Under the pieces are notes generated by a model. It was not told the origin of the DNA, searched no databases, and saw only the letters and a list, made by a program, of their open reading frames with translations. Positions 22,391 through 31,594 of a stretch of 48,771 bases of DNA are shown in pieces. Position numbers and translations under genes: made by a program. How positions within the stretch are numbered: the stretch's first letter is position 1; every line of letters begins with the position of its first letter. The stretch covers positions 1 through 48,771 of the forward strand of contig JAZLKX010000021.1 of assembly GCA_045597865.1 (NCBI GenBank). Reading direction: 5' to 3'. The stretch is from Bacilli bacterium. GTDB taxonomy: Bacteria; Bacillota_I; Bacilli_A; RFN20; CAG-826.

Positions 22391-22771
22391 ATGGCAGCAC
22401 AAGGTAGAAAAAACGTACATGGTAAGACCGGTGTCAGATTTAAAGCCGCTTATACCAAACAAAAACACGAAAATAAACTCCGTACTTTAGTCACAGACTT
22501 AATCGTCCATGACAGAGTTACCGTAACTTCTGGTATGGTTAAAGAATTAAAATCATTAGCAGATCACATGGTTACACTCGGTAAACGTGGAGATTTACAT
22601 GCCCGTAGACAAGCCGCTGCAGTTCTTCGTAGTGAAGAAGCACTCGCCAAATTATTTGGTGATTTAGCAAAATCATTCGAAAAACGTAATGGTGGTTACA
22701 CCAGAGCAATTAAAGCTGGTGTCCGCTTAGGCGACAATGCTCAAAAGGTTATCGTTGAATTTGTTAAGTAA
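22391..22771 (+). CDS. rplQ: 50S ribosomal protein L17 (divergent N-terminus)
   Basis: TLGKRGDLHARRQA, RNGGYTR, RLGDNA; position after rpoA. Confidence 0.93.
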   Translation: MAAQGRKNVHGKTGVRFKAAYTKQKHENKLRTLVTDLIVHDRVTVTSGMVKELKSLADHMVTLGKRGDLHARRQAAAVLRSEEALAKLFGDLAKSFEKRNGGYTRAIKAGVRLGDNAQKVIVEFVK

Positions 22772-22791
22772 TTAACGTTTCAAAACAATTT

Positions 22792-22815
22792 AAGGGGAAC
22801 TTCGGTTCCTCTTTT
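22792..22815 (+). terminator. Terminator of the ribosomal superoperon
   Basis: AGGGGAAC-TTCG-GTTCCTCT followed by a T run. Confidence 0.9.
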
Positions 22816-22829
22816 ATTATATTTTCTCA

Positions 22830-22859
22830 AGTGGGAATAAAAATAAATCTATTCCCACT
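22830..22859. repeat. Perfect 10-bp inverted repeat AGTGGGAATA-N10-TATTCCCACT
   Basis: Read directly; a 12-nt copy of one arm (AGTGGGAATAGA) recurs at 42196-42207. Confidence 0.8.
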
Positions 22860-22925
22860 CAACTTTTTCAAAAATCATTTGTAATTTATTAAAAGATAAT
22901 TTATCTTTATGTTTAGAGGTAGATT

Positions 22926-24602
22926 ATGCCGACACAAGAGTTATTAGAACCAGAACATTTATATGAAGCAGAATTAAAAAGCAAACATCATGACAATGCG
23001 GTTAATTTTTTTGAAGAATTAACTAAGAAAAGTCATGTTGATATTGGTGCGAATAATTTAACATGTAAAGAATATTATAAAGAAAAAGCTGTTTTAGACA
23101 ATTTGAACAAGAAAGCTCGTAAGTTACACGCCTTAAAGGTTTTCTTTATTATTTTATGTTTTGTCTTAGTTGGTATTTTTCTATTGTTTTTATACTATAA
23201 ACCAAAGAAAAAAGAATTGGACAAATTAGTTAATAAGCAACAAATTATTGTAGAAAATTTGTTAAATGAAGCTACTAAACAAATGGCGCCACTTAATAGA
23301 CTTTTTGAATCATCAATTCCTTGCAAGATTATGCAAAAGACAACTCCATTAATCCAAATGGATCGCATTTTTGATGTTAAGAAGTATGAATTAATGCATG
23401 AAAAATATGGTTTATGGGATAACTCAGATCAAGATTCTTCTACATTAGATATTCAATCAGGCTCTATCTTAGGTAATCCATTTGTCATTTTTAAAGATTT
23501 GAAAAAAACAATGATTCAACAAAGATATGAAGGCTCAACTGTAATTACCTACTCAGTTGGTTCAGGCCAAAATAGACATGTTGTTACCCAAACATTACAC
23601 GCTCATGTTGATAAACCAAAACCAATTTATTCAAAAGAAACATATCTTGTATTTGCTTCTGAAGCTGCAGATAGACTTTCATTTAGTAGAACTCCATCCA
23701 AAATTAACTCTATGGATGAAAAAGAAATTAGCAAGTATGTTCGAAAACATGAAGATGATTTGCAAAAGATGGCCGAGAAAGCTACTAAACAAGGCAAAGA
23801 TTTCGCACCACTAGGTAATTCTGAATTTGAATTATTCTTTGGTGGATTAGATAGAGACAATGAAGTTCAATATCGTTTACTCTTTACACCGCTTGCTCAA
23901 AAATCAATGCTTCAATTATTAAAATCTAAAGCAGGTTTTGGAGATGACTTCTCCTTTAGAAAATGTAAATGCTTAAACGTAATTCAATCAGCTCACTCGC
24001 AAGGAACAGCATTATTCGTGGATGCAAATGCATTTAAGGGCTTCGATTACGAGGCAATGAAGAATTTCTTTGTAGATTACAATGATGCTTATTTTAAGGC
24101 CTTATTCTTCGATTTTGCACCATTGCTTTCAATTCCTTTATATCAACAATTCAAATCGCACGAATACATTTATAAAAACAACGTTGGTTCTAACTTCAAC
24201 TGTTTCGAACATGAAGTGGTGGCAAATAGATTTAAGATTTCTAGATTTGCTCACAAAGAAACAAAAACAGATGTTATCCTAAAAACACTTTTTCAAACTA
24301 AAGTCCAAAATCAAGATGTTGTTGCAGTTACAGCACATTCATTTGATACTATACAAAGAATAGAAAATGTTGCCGTTATGGGTGGAGACGGTCATTTCCA
24401 TACAGTTCCAGTTCGTTGGACTGAATATATTCCACTTGAAAATACCGACACATTTGCGGTCGGTGATCTAGAAAGCGACGATGAAGTTTCATTTAGAAGT
24501 CTAGGTCATGATGGTATTATTTACGCTAGAGGTCTCGTCTCAGGAGATGTAGGCGTCAACGTAGATATAAATAAAATTAAGTCCCAATTAAAGAAGGACT
24601 AG
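22926..24602 (+). CDS. Membrane-anchored hypothetical protein upstream of lemA (recalls Mollicutes lemA-associated MAG1210-like proteins)
   Basis: 558 aa ORF with one hydrophobic segment (aa ~70-90) flanked by coiled-coil-like sequence; SGSILGNPF, FELFFGGLDRDNEVQYRLLFTPLAQ; family name from recall only. Confidence 0.7.
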   Translation: MPTQELLEPEHLYEAELKSKHHDNAVNFFEELTKKSHVDIGANNLTCKEYYKEKAVLDNLNKKARKLHALKVFFIILCFVLVGIFLLFLYYKPKKKELDKLVNKQQIIVENLLNEATKQMAPLNRLFESSIPCKIMQKTTPLIQMDRIFDVKKYELMHEKYGLWDNSDQDSSTLDIQSGSILGNPFVIFKDLKKTMIQQRYEGSTVITYSVGSGQNRHVVTQTLHAHVDKPKPIYSKETYLVFASEAADRLSFSRTPSKINSMDEKEISKYVRKHEDDLQKMAEKATKQGKDFAPLGNSEFELFFGGLDRDNEVQYRLLFTPLAQKSMLQLLKSKAGFGDDFSFRKCKCLNVIQSAHSQGTALFVDANAFKGFDYEAMKNFFVDYNDAYFKALFFDFAPLLSIPLYQQFKSHEYIYKNNVGSNFNCFEHEVVANRFKISRFAHKETKTDVILKTLFQTKVQNQDVVAVTAHSFDTIQRIENVAVMGGDGHFHTVPVRWTEYIPLENTDTFAVGDLESDDEVSFRSLGHDGIIYARGLVSGDVGVNVDINKIKSQLKKD

Positions 24603-24617
24603 AAGGAGTTTACTTAT

Positions 24618-25280
24618 ATGGCAAACGAATTAGATGAAATGACAGGCCCAATTAATGAAGAAGGCAAAGATGTCAATGTCATCAACAAACAAATCCCAAT
24701 TAAAGTTGGTGTAGGTTCAAAAGTATTTAACATTGTTCTTTGGATTGTACCAATTCCAATTATTTCTGGATTAATTTGGGCTCTTGTTAAAGTTAATGCA
24801 GGAAAATATCTTTCACAAGTTCAACAAAAGATTCAACAAGCTGCATCTCAAATTGATAACTACATGGAACAAAGAGTTATCATTCTTCAAAATGCTGCTA
24901 AGTTAGTCGAAAAAGGCATCGATCTTGATAAGTCAACATTTACTGAAATTGCTAAGTTAAGAGCAGGTGGTTCTGAAAACTTTACCGAACAAAACCAAGC
25001 AATTGAAGAAGTATCCAAAAAGATTAATGTTGCTTTAGAAAATTATCCTGATCTTAAAGCACATCAAGAATTAGCTGATGCAATGCAACAAAACAGCTAC
25101 ACTCAACGTGAAATTACAGCAGCCAGAGAACATTACAATGATGTTGTTATGGAATGGAATGCTGCAGTTTATGAGTGGCCAGCAAAACAAATCGTTGCAG
25201 CAAAACGTGGTTATACAACACGTGTTCCATTTATTGCTTCTAAAGAAACTAAAGAACAAGCAAGAGGAACATTCTTCTAA
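24618..25280 (+). CDS. lemA: LemA family protein
   Basis: N-terminal TM segment, SQIDNYMEQR, ENYPDLKA, EITAAREHYND. Confidence 0.9.
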   Translation: MANELDEMTGPINEEGKDVNVINKQIPIKVGVGSKVFNIVLWIVPIPIISGLIWALVKVNAGKYLSQVQQKIQQAASQIDNYMEQRVIILQNAAKLVEKGIDLDKSTFTEIAKLRAGGSENFTEQNQAIEEVSKKINVALENYPDLKAHQELADAMQQNSYTQREITAAREHYNDVVMEWNAAVYEWPAKQIVAAKRGYTTRVPFIASKETKEQARGTFF

Positions 25281-25282
25281 TA

Positions 25283-26185
25283 ATGCAACTTGTTATTCTT
25301 GCTGCCGGAATGGGTTCTCGTTTCGGTGGTTTAAAGCAGATTGAACCAATGGATCAAGCTGGCAACTTCCTTTTAGACTATTCCGTCTATGATGCAAAGC
25401 GTGCTGGTTTTGATTCCATAGTATTCATCATCAAGAAGGAATTCTATGATGTTTTCCGTAACAGCATTGGTAAACGCGTTGAAAAGTTAATTAAGGTTGA
25501 TTATGCTTTCCAAGACATTAATGATTTGCCAAAGCCGTTTAAATGTCCAGAAGGAAGAGAAAAACCTTGGGGAACTGCGCACGCTATCTATGCTGCACGC
25601 GATTTAATCAAAGAAGACTTTATTATTATCAATGGTGATGACTTTTATGGCAAAGACACATACCAGGTAGCATTTAATTACCTTAAATCACTCCCAAGCG
25701 GTAGTAGAGGTAAGTATGCAAATGTTGCTTTTAAAGTATGCAATACCATGACTGAAAATGGTTCAGTTAAACGCGGTGTTTGTTTTGAAGACAAAGACCA
25801 CAACCTAGAGAAACTAGTTGAATCTGTCGTTCAAAGAAATAACAAAGGCGAAATTGTGTGTGAACCTCTTGAAGGCGGTGAAGCGTTCAAAGTTGGTGAA
25901 AATCAACCAGTTTCTATGAACTTATTCGTATTTAATAAAGATCTTATTGATCATTTAATAGAAAAGTTCCCTCTTTGGTTAAAAGAACATGGTTCAGAAC
26001 TTAAGTCAGAATTTTTGATACCGTCAGTAGTGGATGAACTTGTTCATGAAGGTAAGGCAACACTTAAATTACTCGCCACAGATTCTGTTTGGTTTGGAGT
26101 CACTTATAAGGAAGACAAACCAGGTGTTGTTAAAGCCCTTAAAGGTTTAGTGGATAAAGGTGAGTATAAAGAAGGTTTATATTAA
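25283..26185 (+). CDS. Sugar-phosphate nucleotidyltransferase family protein
   Basis: LVILAAGMGSRFGGLKQ, REKPWGTAHA, INGDDFYG, WFGVTYKED. Confidence 0.9.
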   Translation: MQLVILAAGMGSRFGGLKQIEPMDQAGNFLLDYSVYDAKRAGFDSIVFIIKKEFYDVFRNSIGKRVEKLIKVDYAFQDINDLPKPFKCPEGREKPWGTAHAIYAARDLIKEDFIIINGDDFYGKDTYQVAFNYLKSLPSGSRGKYANVAFKVCNTMTENGSVKRGVCFEDKDHNLEKLVESVVQRNNKGEIVCEPLEGGEAFKVGENQPVSMNLFVFNKDLIDHLIEKFPLWLKEHGSELKSEFLIPSVVDELVHEGKATLKLLATDSVWFGVTYKEDKPGVVKALKGLVDKGEYKEGLY

Positions 26186-26206
26186 TACTTTGTATTTAAT
26201 ATCCGG

Positions 26207-26236
26207 AAGGACTCGAAAATAGGTTCGAGTCCTTTT
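26207..26236 (+). terminator. Intrinsic terminator
   Basis: AAGGACTCGAA-aatagg-TTCGAGTCCTT followed by TT. Confidence 0.8.
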
Positions 26237-26309
26237 AATTTTGTAATCTTAAAGAAATACTTTTCTTTTACGATTACTTTAATTAGAATATTTATGAAAG
26301 GGTTTTCAT

Positions 26310-27539
26310 ATGGAATCAAAATATTTAAAAGAAGAATGTGGATTTTCGTCATTAACAGTGACTGAAGAAGCATCACGTTGCTTACTTTGTCATGACGCTC
26401 CATGTTCAAAAGCTTGTCCTGCAGGTACTAACCCAGACAAGTTCATTCGTTCAGTAAGATTCCGTAACTACAAGGGTGCAGCAGAAACCATTCGTTTAAA
26501 TAACGCTTTAGGTGCAATCTGTGCTCGTGTTTGTCCAACGGAAAAATACTGTCAAAATGCATGTTCACGTACAGGCATTGATCGTCCAATCGATATTGGC
26601 CGTATTCAAAGATTTGTTACAGACTTTGAAGAAGCAGCAAAGATGGATATTTGGGAAAAGGCACCAGCCAAAGGTAAATCTGTTGGCGTTGTTGGTTCTG
26701 GTCCATCCGCATTACAAGCTGCTGCAAGCTTAGCTCAAATGGGCTATGCAGTCGAAGTATACGAAAAAGAAAAAGTATTAGGCGGTATGCTTAGATTCAT
26801 TCCAGAATATCGTTTACCAAATCACATCGTTGATACTGAAATTAAACGTATCGAAGGTTTAGGAGTTAAATTCCACATCGGTGTTGAAGTTGGTAAAAAG
26901 GTATCAATGGAAGATTTAAAAGCTAAACATGATGCAGTTTTACTCGCACCGGGTTATAGCTATGGTAAAAACTTACCAATGTTTGAAGGAAACAAAAACG
27001 TTGTCTTAGCAGTTGACTTCCTCAAAGAAGTTAAAGCAAAAGCTGGCAAGGTTAAAGTTCCTGCAAACGTATTAGTTGTTGGTGGTGGTGACGTCGCTAT
27101 GGACGTTGTTACAACACTTAAACTCTTAGGTGTTGCAAACGTTACAGATGTTGTCTACGAACAATTTGCAGAATTTAAAGCATCCAAGAAGGAACTCGAT
27201 GGAGCTCAAAAACTTGGTGTCACAATTATGGATGGTTATGTTCCAGTAGCATGCGAAGGTAAGAAAGTCAGCTTTAAACACCGCGTTATTAACGCTGAAG
27301 TTTCAGTTGAAGCAGACCTTATCATTATGGCTGTTGGCCAAAAACCATGTGTTGAAGGTTTAGGCATTGAACTCGTCAAAGGCGAAGTTGATGCTGGTAA
27401 ACCATATGTCACAGCAGATCCAAAAGTTTGGGTTTGTGGTGATATTGCACACTCTAAATTCGATAAGACAGTTGTTGGCGGTGTCCGCACTGGTAAAGAA
27501 GTTGCCCTCTACATTGATATGGCATTAGGAGGTAAATAA
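26310..27539 (+). CDS. preT: Dihydropyrimidine dehydrogenase FAD/Fe-S subunit
   Basis: [46 protein letters not shown]; upstream of preA. Confidence 0.9.
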   Translation: MESKYLKEECGFSSLTVTEEASRCLLCHDAPCSKACPAGTNPDKFIRSVRFRNYKGAAETIRLNNALGAICARVCPTEKYCQNACSRTGIDRPIDIGRIQRFVTDFEEAAKMDIWEKAPAKGKSVGVVGSGPSALQAAASLAQMGYAVEVYEKEKVLGGMLRFIPEYRLPNHIVDTEIKRIEGLGVKFHIGVEVGKKVSMEDLKAKHDAVLLAPGYSYGKNLPMFEGNKNVVLAVDFLKEVKAKAGKVKVPANVLVVGGGDVAMDVVTTLKLLGVANVTDVVYEQFAEFKASKKELDGAQKLGVTIMDGYVPVACEGKKVSFKHRVINAEVSVEADLIIMAVGQKPCVEGLGIELVKGEVDAGKPYVTADPKVWVCGDIAHSKFDKTVVGGVRTGKEVALYIDMALGGK

Positions 27540-27540
27540 G

Positions 27541-28788
27541 ATGGTTAAGAAAGATTTATCAATAACATTCTTAGGAGTTAAGTTCCCAAACCCATTCTGT
27601 TTATCCTCATCACCAGTTGGTAACTGCTATGACATGTGTAAGAAAGCTTACGAAGTTGGTTGGGGTGGTGTTGTATTTAAAACAATCGGACCAAAATCAT
27701 ACTTTATTGATGAAGTCTCCCCACGTTTCGATAAGTTAAACAAAGAAAATACTCCATTTGTTGGTTTCAAAAATATGGAGCAAATCGCTGAGCACTCACT
27801 TGAAGAAAACCTCAGAGATTTACGTAGATTAAAAGAAGAATTCCCAAATCAAGTTCTTATTGCATCAATTATGGGTAATGACGAACAAACATGGGAAGAT
27901 TTAGCACGTATGGTCACTGAATGCGGTGCAGATATGATTGAAATGAACTTATCATGCCCACAAATGACTTCACACGCAATGGGTAGTGACGTTGGTTCAA
28001 ATCCAGAACTTTGTAAGAAGTACTGCCAAGCTGTCAAACGTGGATCAAAACTCCCAATGATGGCAAAGATGACACCAAACATTACCGATATGGTTCCAGT
28101 CGCAAAAGCCTGTTTAGAAGGCGGTGCAGATGGTATTGCAGCCATTAACACCATTAAATCAATTTGTAATATCGACTTAGATAAGAAGGTCGGCCTTCCA
28201 ATTGTCGATGGTAAATCCGCAATTTCCGGTTATTCAGGAAAAGCAGTTAAACCAGTTGCATTACGTTTCATTCAACAAATGAGACAAGCCGATGGTTTAC
28301 ATGATCTTGAAATCTCTGGTATTGGTGGTATTGAAACTTGGGAAGATGCAGCAGAGTTTATTCTCGTTGGTGCAAAGACACTTCAAGTTACAACCGCAAT
28401 TATGCAATACGGTTACCGTGTTGTAGAAGATATGAAGAACGGTTTACAACATTACATGGAAGAACAAGGTGTTGATCATCTTGAAGATCTTGTTGGCTTA
28501 GCCAATAAGAACATCATTCCAGCAGAAAACCTTAACCGTGATTATATCTGCCGTCCAAACATTGACTTAGATAAATGTATCAAGTGTGGACGTTGCTACA
28601 TTTCTTGCTATGATGGTGGTCACCAAGCAATTGAATGGGATGAAGAAAAACGTGAGCCACATTGCAACACCGATAAATGTGTCGGATGTTTACTTTGTGG
28701 ACATGTATGTCCAGTCCATGCAATTACTCCAGGTAAGATTACAATCAAACCAGGCAGAAAATGCAAAGCAAGCGACATCAAACTTTAA
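27541..28788 (+). CDS. preA: Dihydropyrimidine dehydrogenase FMN subunit
   Basis: [33 protein letters not shown]; C-terminal 2x[4Fe-4S] motifs CIKCGRC and CVGCLLC. Confidence 0.95.
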   Translation: MVKKDLSITFLGVKFPNPFCLSSSPVGNCYDMCKKAYEVGWGGVVFKTIGPKSYFIDEVSPRFDKLNKENTPFVGFKNMEQIAEHSLEENLRDLRRLKEEFPNQVLIASIMGNDEQTWEDLARMVTECGADMIEMNLSCPQMTSHAMGSDVGSNPELCKKYCQAVKRGSKLPMMAKMTPNITDMVPVAKACLEGGADGIAAINTIKSICNIDLDKKVGLPIVDGKSAISGYSGKAVKPVALRFIQQMRQADGLHDLEISGIGGIETWEDAAEFILVGAKTLQVTTAIMQYGYRVVEDMKNGLQHYMEEQGVDHLEDLVGLANKNIIPAENLNRDYICRPNIDLDKCIKCGRCYISCYDGGHQAIEWDEEKREPHCNTDKCVGCLLCGHVCPVHAITPGKITIKPGRKCKASDIKL

Positions 28789-28807
28789 TTGTTTGAATTA
28801 GCAATCT

Positions 28808-28836
28808 AAAGAGTCGGATTTTATCTGACTCTTTTT
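28808..28836 (+). terminator. Terminator after preA
   Basis: AAAGAGTCGGA-tttta-TCTGACTCTTT followed by TT. Confidence 0.85.
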
Positions 28837-28856
28837 ATTATTTTTGATAGCGTATA

Positions 28857-28906
28857 TATAAGCGCTTACATTTTCTTGTTGAAAATAAGCGCGCAAGTGC
28901 TATTAT
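28857..28906 (+). promoter_or_regulatory. gdhA promoter with upstream LacI/CcpA (cre)-like operator
   Basis: TATAAGCGCTTACA (28857-70) is one mismatch from the palindrome TGTAAGCGCTTACA; TTGAAA(28879-84)-16 nt-TATTAT(28901-06) with extended -10 TG. Confidence 0.55.
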
Positions 28907-29007
28907 ATATACGTTCACATATGTCATTATTACATATTCTCATGTGTTAAAAATTGTCCCTTTTAGGGGCATTTTTTAGTTTTTTGGGAAAGAAAGGATG
29001 GTAAATA

Positions 29008-30357
29008 ATGTACAAAAGTAAATATTTAAACAAGTGTCTTCGTGAGATTAAAGCGAAGAACAAAGGTCAAGTAGAATTCATTGGCGCAGTTGAAGAATTC
29101 TTTGACTCTATGGACTTTGTCGTTGATAAAGATCCACGTATCGAAAAATTCTCCATCATTGAGAGAATTACAGTCCCAGAGAGAATTGTCTCATTCAGAG
29201 TTCCTTGGGTTGATGACAAAGGCAAAATTCAAGTTAACACTGGTTACCGTGTCCAATTCAACTCAGCAATTGGTCCTTACAAAGGCGGTATGAGATTTGA
29301 TAAGAGCGTTAACTTATCAATTCTTAAATTCTTAGGATTTGAACAAACATTTAAAAACTCTTTAACCGGACTTCCAATGGGTGGTGGTAAAGGTGGTGCT
29401 GACTTTGACCCACGTGGTAAATCAGATGCAGAAGTTATGAGATTCTGCCAATCCCTTATGACTGAACTCTTCCGTCACATTGGTCCTAACACAGACGTCC
29501 CAGCAGGCGACTTAGGTGTAGGCGCACGTGAAATTGGTTATATGTTCGGCTATTACAAAAAGCTTAGAGATGAATGGTCAGGTACATTTACTGGCAAAAA
29601 CTTCTCATATGGTGGCTCATTAGGCCGTCCAGAAGCTACAGGCTATGGCTTATTATACTTCGTTGAAGAAATGCTTCACGAATTCAAAAAATGTGATATT
29701 AAAGGCAAGAAGGTTATGATCTCCGGTTCCGGTAAGGTCGGTGGTATGGCTGCTGCAAAAGCTCATGAACTTGGTGCTGTCCTTGTCGCAATGTCAGATA
29801 TTGAAGGTTACGTTTATGATCCAAACGGATTAGACGTTCCATACATTTGCAAGAAAGCAAAAGAAAAAGGCATGTTCTCCAAAGACTATGCTGCAGATCA
29901 CAAAGGCGTCAAATTTGTTGCTGGCCCACGCAACATGTGGCATGATGTCCCATGTGAAATTGCACTCCCGTGTGCTACACAAGGCGAAATCCACATTGCA
30001 GAAGCTGAAGCACTTAAGAAGAATGGTTGCTTTATGTTAGTTGAAGGCGCAAATATGCCATGTGATGTCGACGCAATTAGATTCTTTAATACAAATGGTG
30101 TCTTATTCGCACCAGGTAAAGCATCCAATGCTGGTGGTGTTGCAGTTTCAGGCTTAGAAATGTCTCAAAACGCATTACACCTCTCATGGTCATTTGAAGA
30201 AGTTGATGGCAGATTAAAACAAATCATGAAGGACATCTTCAAGAAATGTCACGATACAGCAGTCAAATATGGTCAACCAACCAACATTGCCTTAGGTGCT
30301 AACATCGCAGGCTTTGAAAAGGTCATGGATGCCATGATTGCACAAGGAGTTTGCTAA
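29008..30357 (+). CDS. gdhA: Glutamate dehydrogenase (NADP-type family)
   Basis: GPYKGGMRF, LPMGGGKGG, DVPAGD, RPEATGYG, EGANMP, KASNAGGVA. Confidence 0.97.
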   Translation: MYKSKYLNKCLREIKAKNKGQVEFIGAVEEFFDSMDFVVDKDPRIEKFSIIERITVPERIVSFRVPWVDDKGKIQVNTGYRVQFNSAIGPYKGGMRFDKSVNLSILKFLGFEQTFKNSLTGLPMGGGKGGADFDPRGKSDAEVMRFCQSLMTELFRHIGPNTDVPAGDLGVGAREIGYMFGYYKKLRDEWSGTFTGKNFSYGGSLGRPEATGYGLLYFVEEMLHEFKKCDIKGKKVMISGSGKVGGMAAAKAHELGAVLVAMSDIEGYVYDPNGLDVPYICKKAKEKGMFSKDYAADHKGVKFVAGPRNMWHDVPCEIALPCATQGEIHIAEAEALKKNGCFMLVEGANMPCDVDAIRFFNTNGVLFAPGKASNAGGVAVSGLEMSQNALHLSWSFEEVDGRLKQIMKDIFKKCHDTAVKYGQPTNIALGANIAGFEKVMDAMIAQGVC

Positions 30358-31574
30358 TGGCTTTCAAAACCATTAAAGCTCCGCATATACTTCTTCCAAG
30401 CTTAGATGTCGATATGACCGCTTGGGCTGTTATAGCTTGCGACCAATTCACATCTCAAATGGATTACTGGGAAGACGTTGAAAAGTTAGTTGGTGATAAA
30501 CCATCTACTTTAAGAATGATGTTCCCAGAAGCCTATTTAGGTAAGGTTAATGATGAAGAATACATTAATAAGGTAAACTCAACTATTCAAACTTACTTAG
30601 ATAAAAACGTCTTAGTTGATCAAGGTGAATGCTTCATCTTGGTCGACAGAAAGACCAGTGTTGTAGAACGCCGTTTAGGCTTAATGATTGCCATTGATTT
30701 AGAAGATTACACGTACCAGAGGGGGGTTAAATCCCTTATACGTGCTTCTGAAGCTACAATTGTTGAACGTATTCCTCCAAGACTTAAAATTAGAGAAAAC
30801 GCTCCAGTTGAACTTCCTCACATTTTGTTCTTATTTGATGATAAGGATAGAGAAATCATTGAGAACCTTTATGAGTCACGTAACGAATTAGAAAAAGTTT
30901 ATGACTTCGATTTAAATAAAGATGGTGGCCATATTACTGGCTATAAAGTTACTGAGACAAATAAAGTTATTAAGCAATTTAAGAGATTACTCAAGAAGAA
31001 TAAAAACGGCTTATTGTTTATTGTAGGAGATGGCAACCATTCTCTTGCAACCGCAAAAGCACATTGGGATAAGATCAAGGTTAACTTATCCGATAAAGAA
31101 AGAAAAACTCATCCAGCAAGATATGCTCTTGTTGAAGCATTAAATATATATGATGAAGGTTTGATTTTCGAACCAATCCATCGTGTCGTATTTGATGTTG
31201 AAGATGATTTTATACCTGGACTTAATGAGGCCTTAGGTGGCGAATATTCGTCATATACCTATACTAAAGAGGGTGGAAAGGCCGAATTAAAGATGCCAAA
31301 GAAGGGACCAGAAGCATGCGAAAAGGTTCAAGCCTATGTTGATGGTTATCTTGCATCACATTCTAAAACAACAGTCGACTACATTCATGATGAAGATCAA
31401 ACAATCGAAGTTGCTAAGAAACATCCAGGAAGTGTTGCCATCATTATGCCAGCACTCACAAAGGGCGATATCTTTGATTATATTGCCTTAGACAAAGTCC
31501 TTCCGAGAAAAGCATTCTCGATGGGACACGCTACTGAAAAGCGTTATTATCTCGAATCACAGAGAATTAAATAA
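30357..31574 (+). CDS. DUF1015 family protein
   Basis: WAVIACDQFTS, IRASEATIVERIPPR, VGDGNHSLATAK, FEPIHR, LPRKAFSMG; ATG overlaps the gdhA stop. Confidence 0.85.
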   Translation: MAFKTIKAPHILLPSLDVDMTAWAVIACDQFTSQMDYWEDVEKLVGDKPSTLRMMFPEAYLGKVNDEEYINKVNSTIQTYLDKNVLVDQGECFILVDRKTSVVERRLGLMIAIDLEDYTYQRGVKSLIRASEATIVERIPPRLKIRENAPVELPHILFLFDDKDREIIENLYESRNELEKVYDFDLNKDGGHITGYKVTETNKVIKQFKRLLKKNKNGLLFIVGDGNHSLATAKAHWDKIKVNLSDKERKTHPARYALVEALNIYDEGLIFEPIHRVVFDVEDDFIPGLNEALGGEYSSYTYTKEGGKAELKMPKKGPEACEKVQAYVDGYLASHSKTTVDYIHDEDQTIEVAKKHPGSVAIIMPALTKGDIFDYIALDKVLPRKAFSMGHATEKRYYLESQRIK

Positions 31575-31594
31575 CCAGAAAGGAAGTAAATTAA

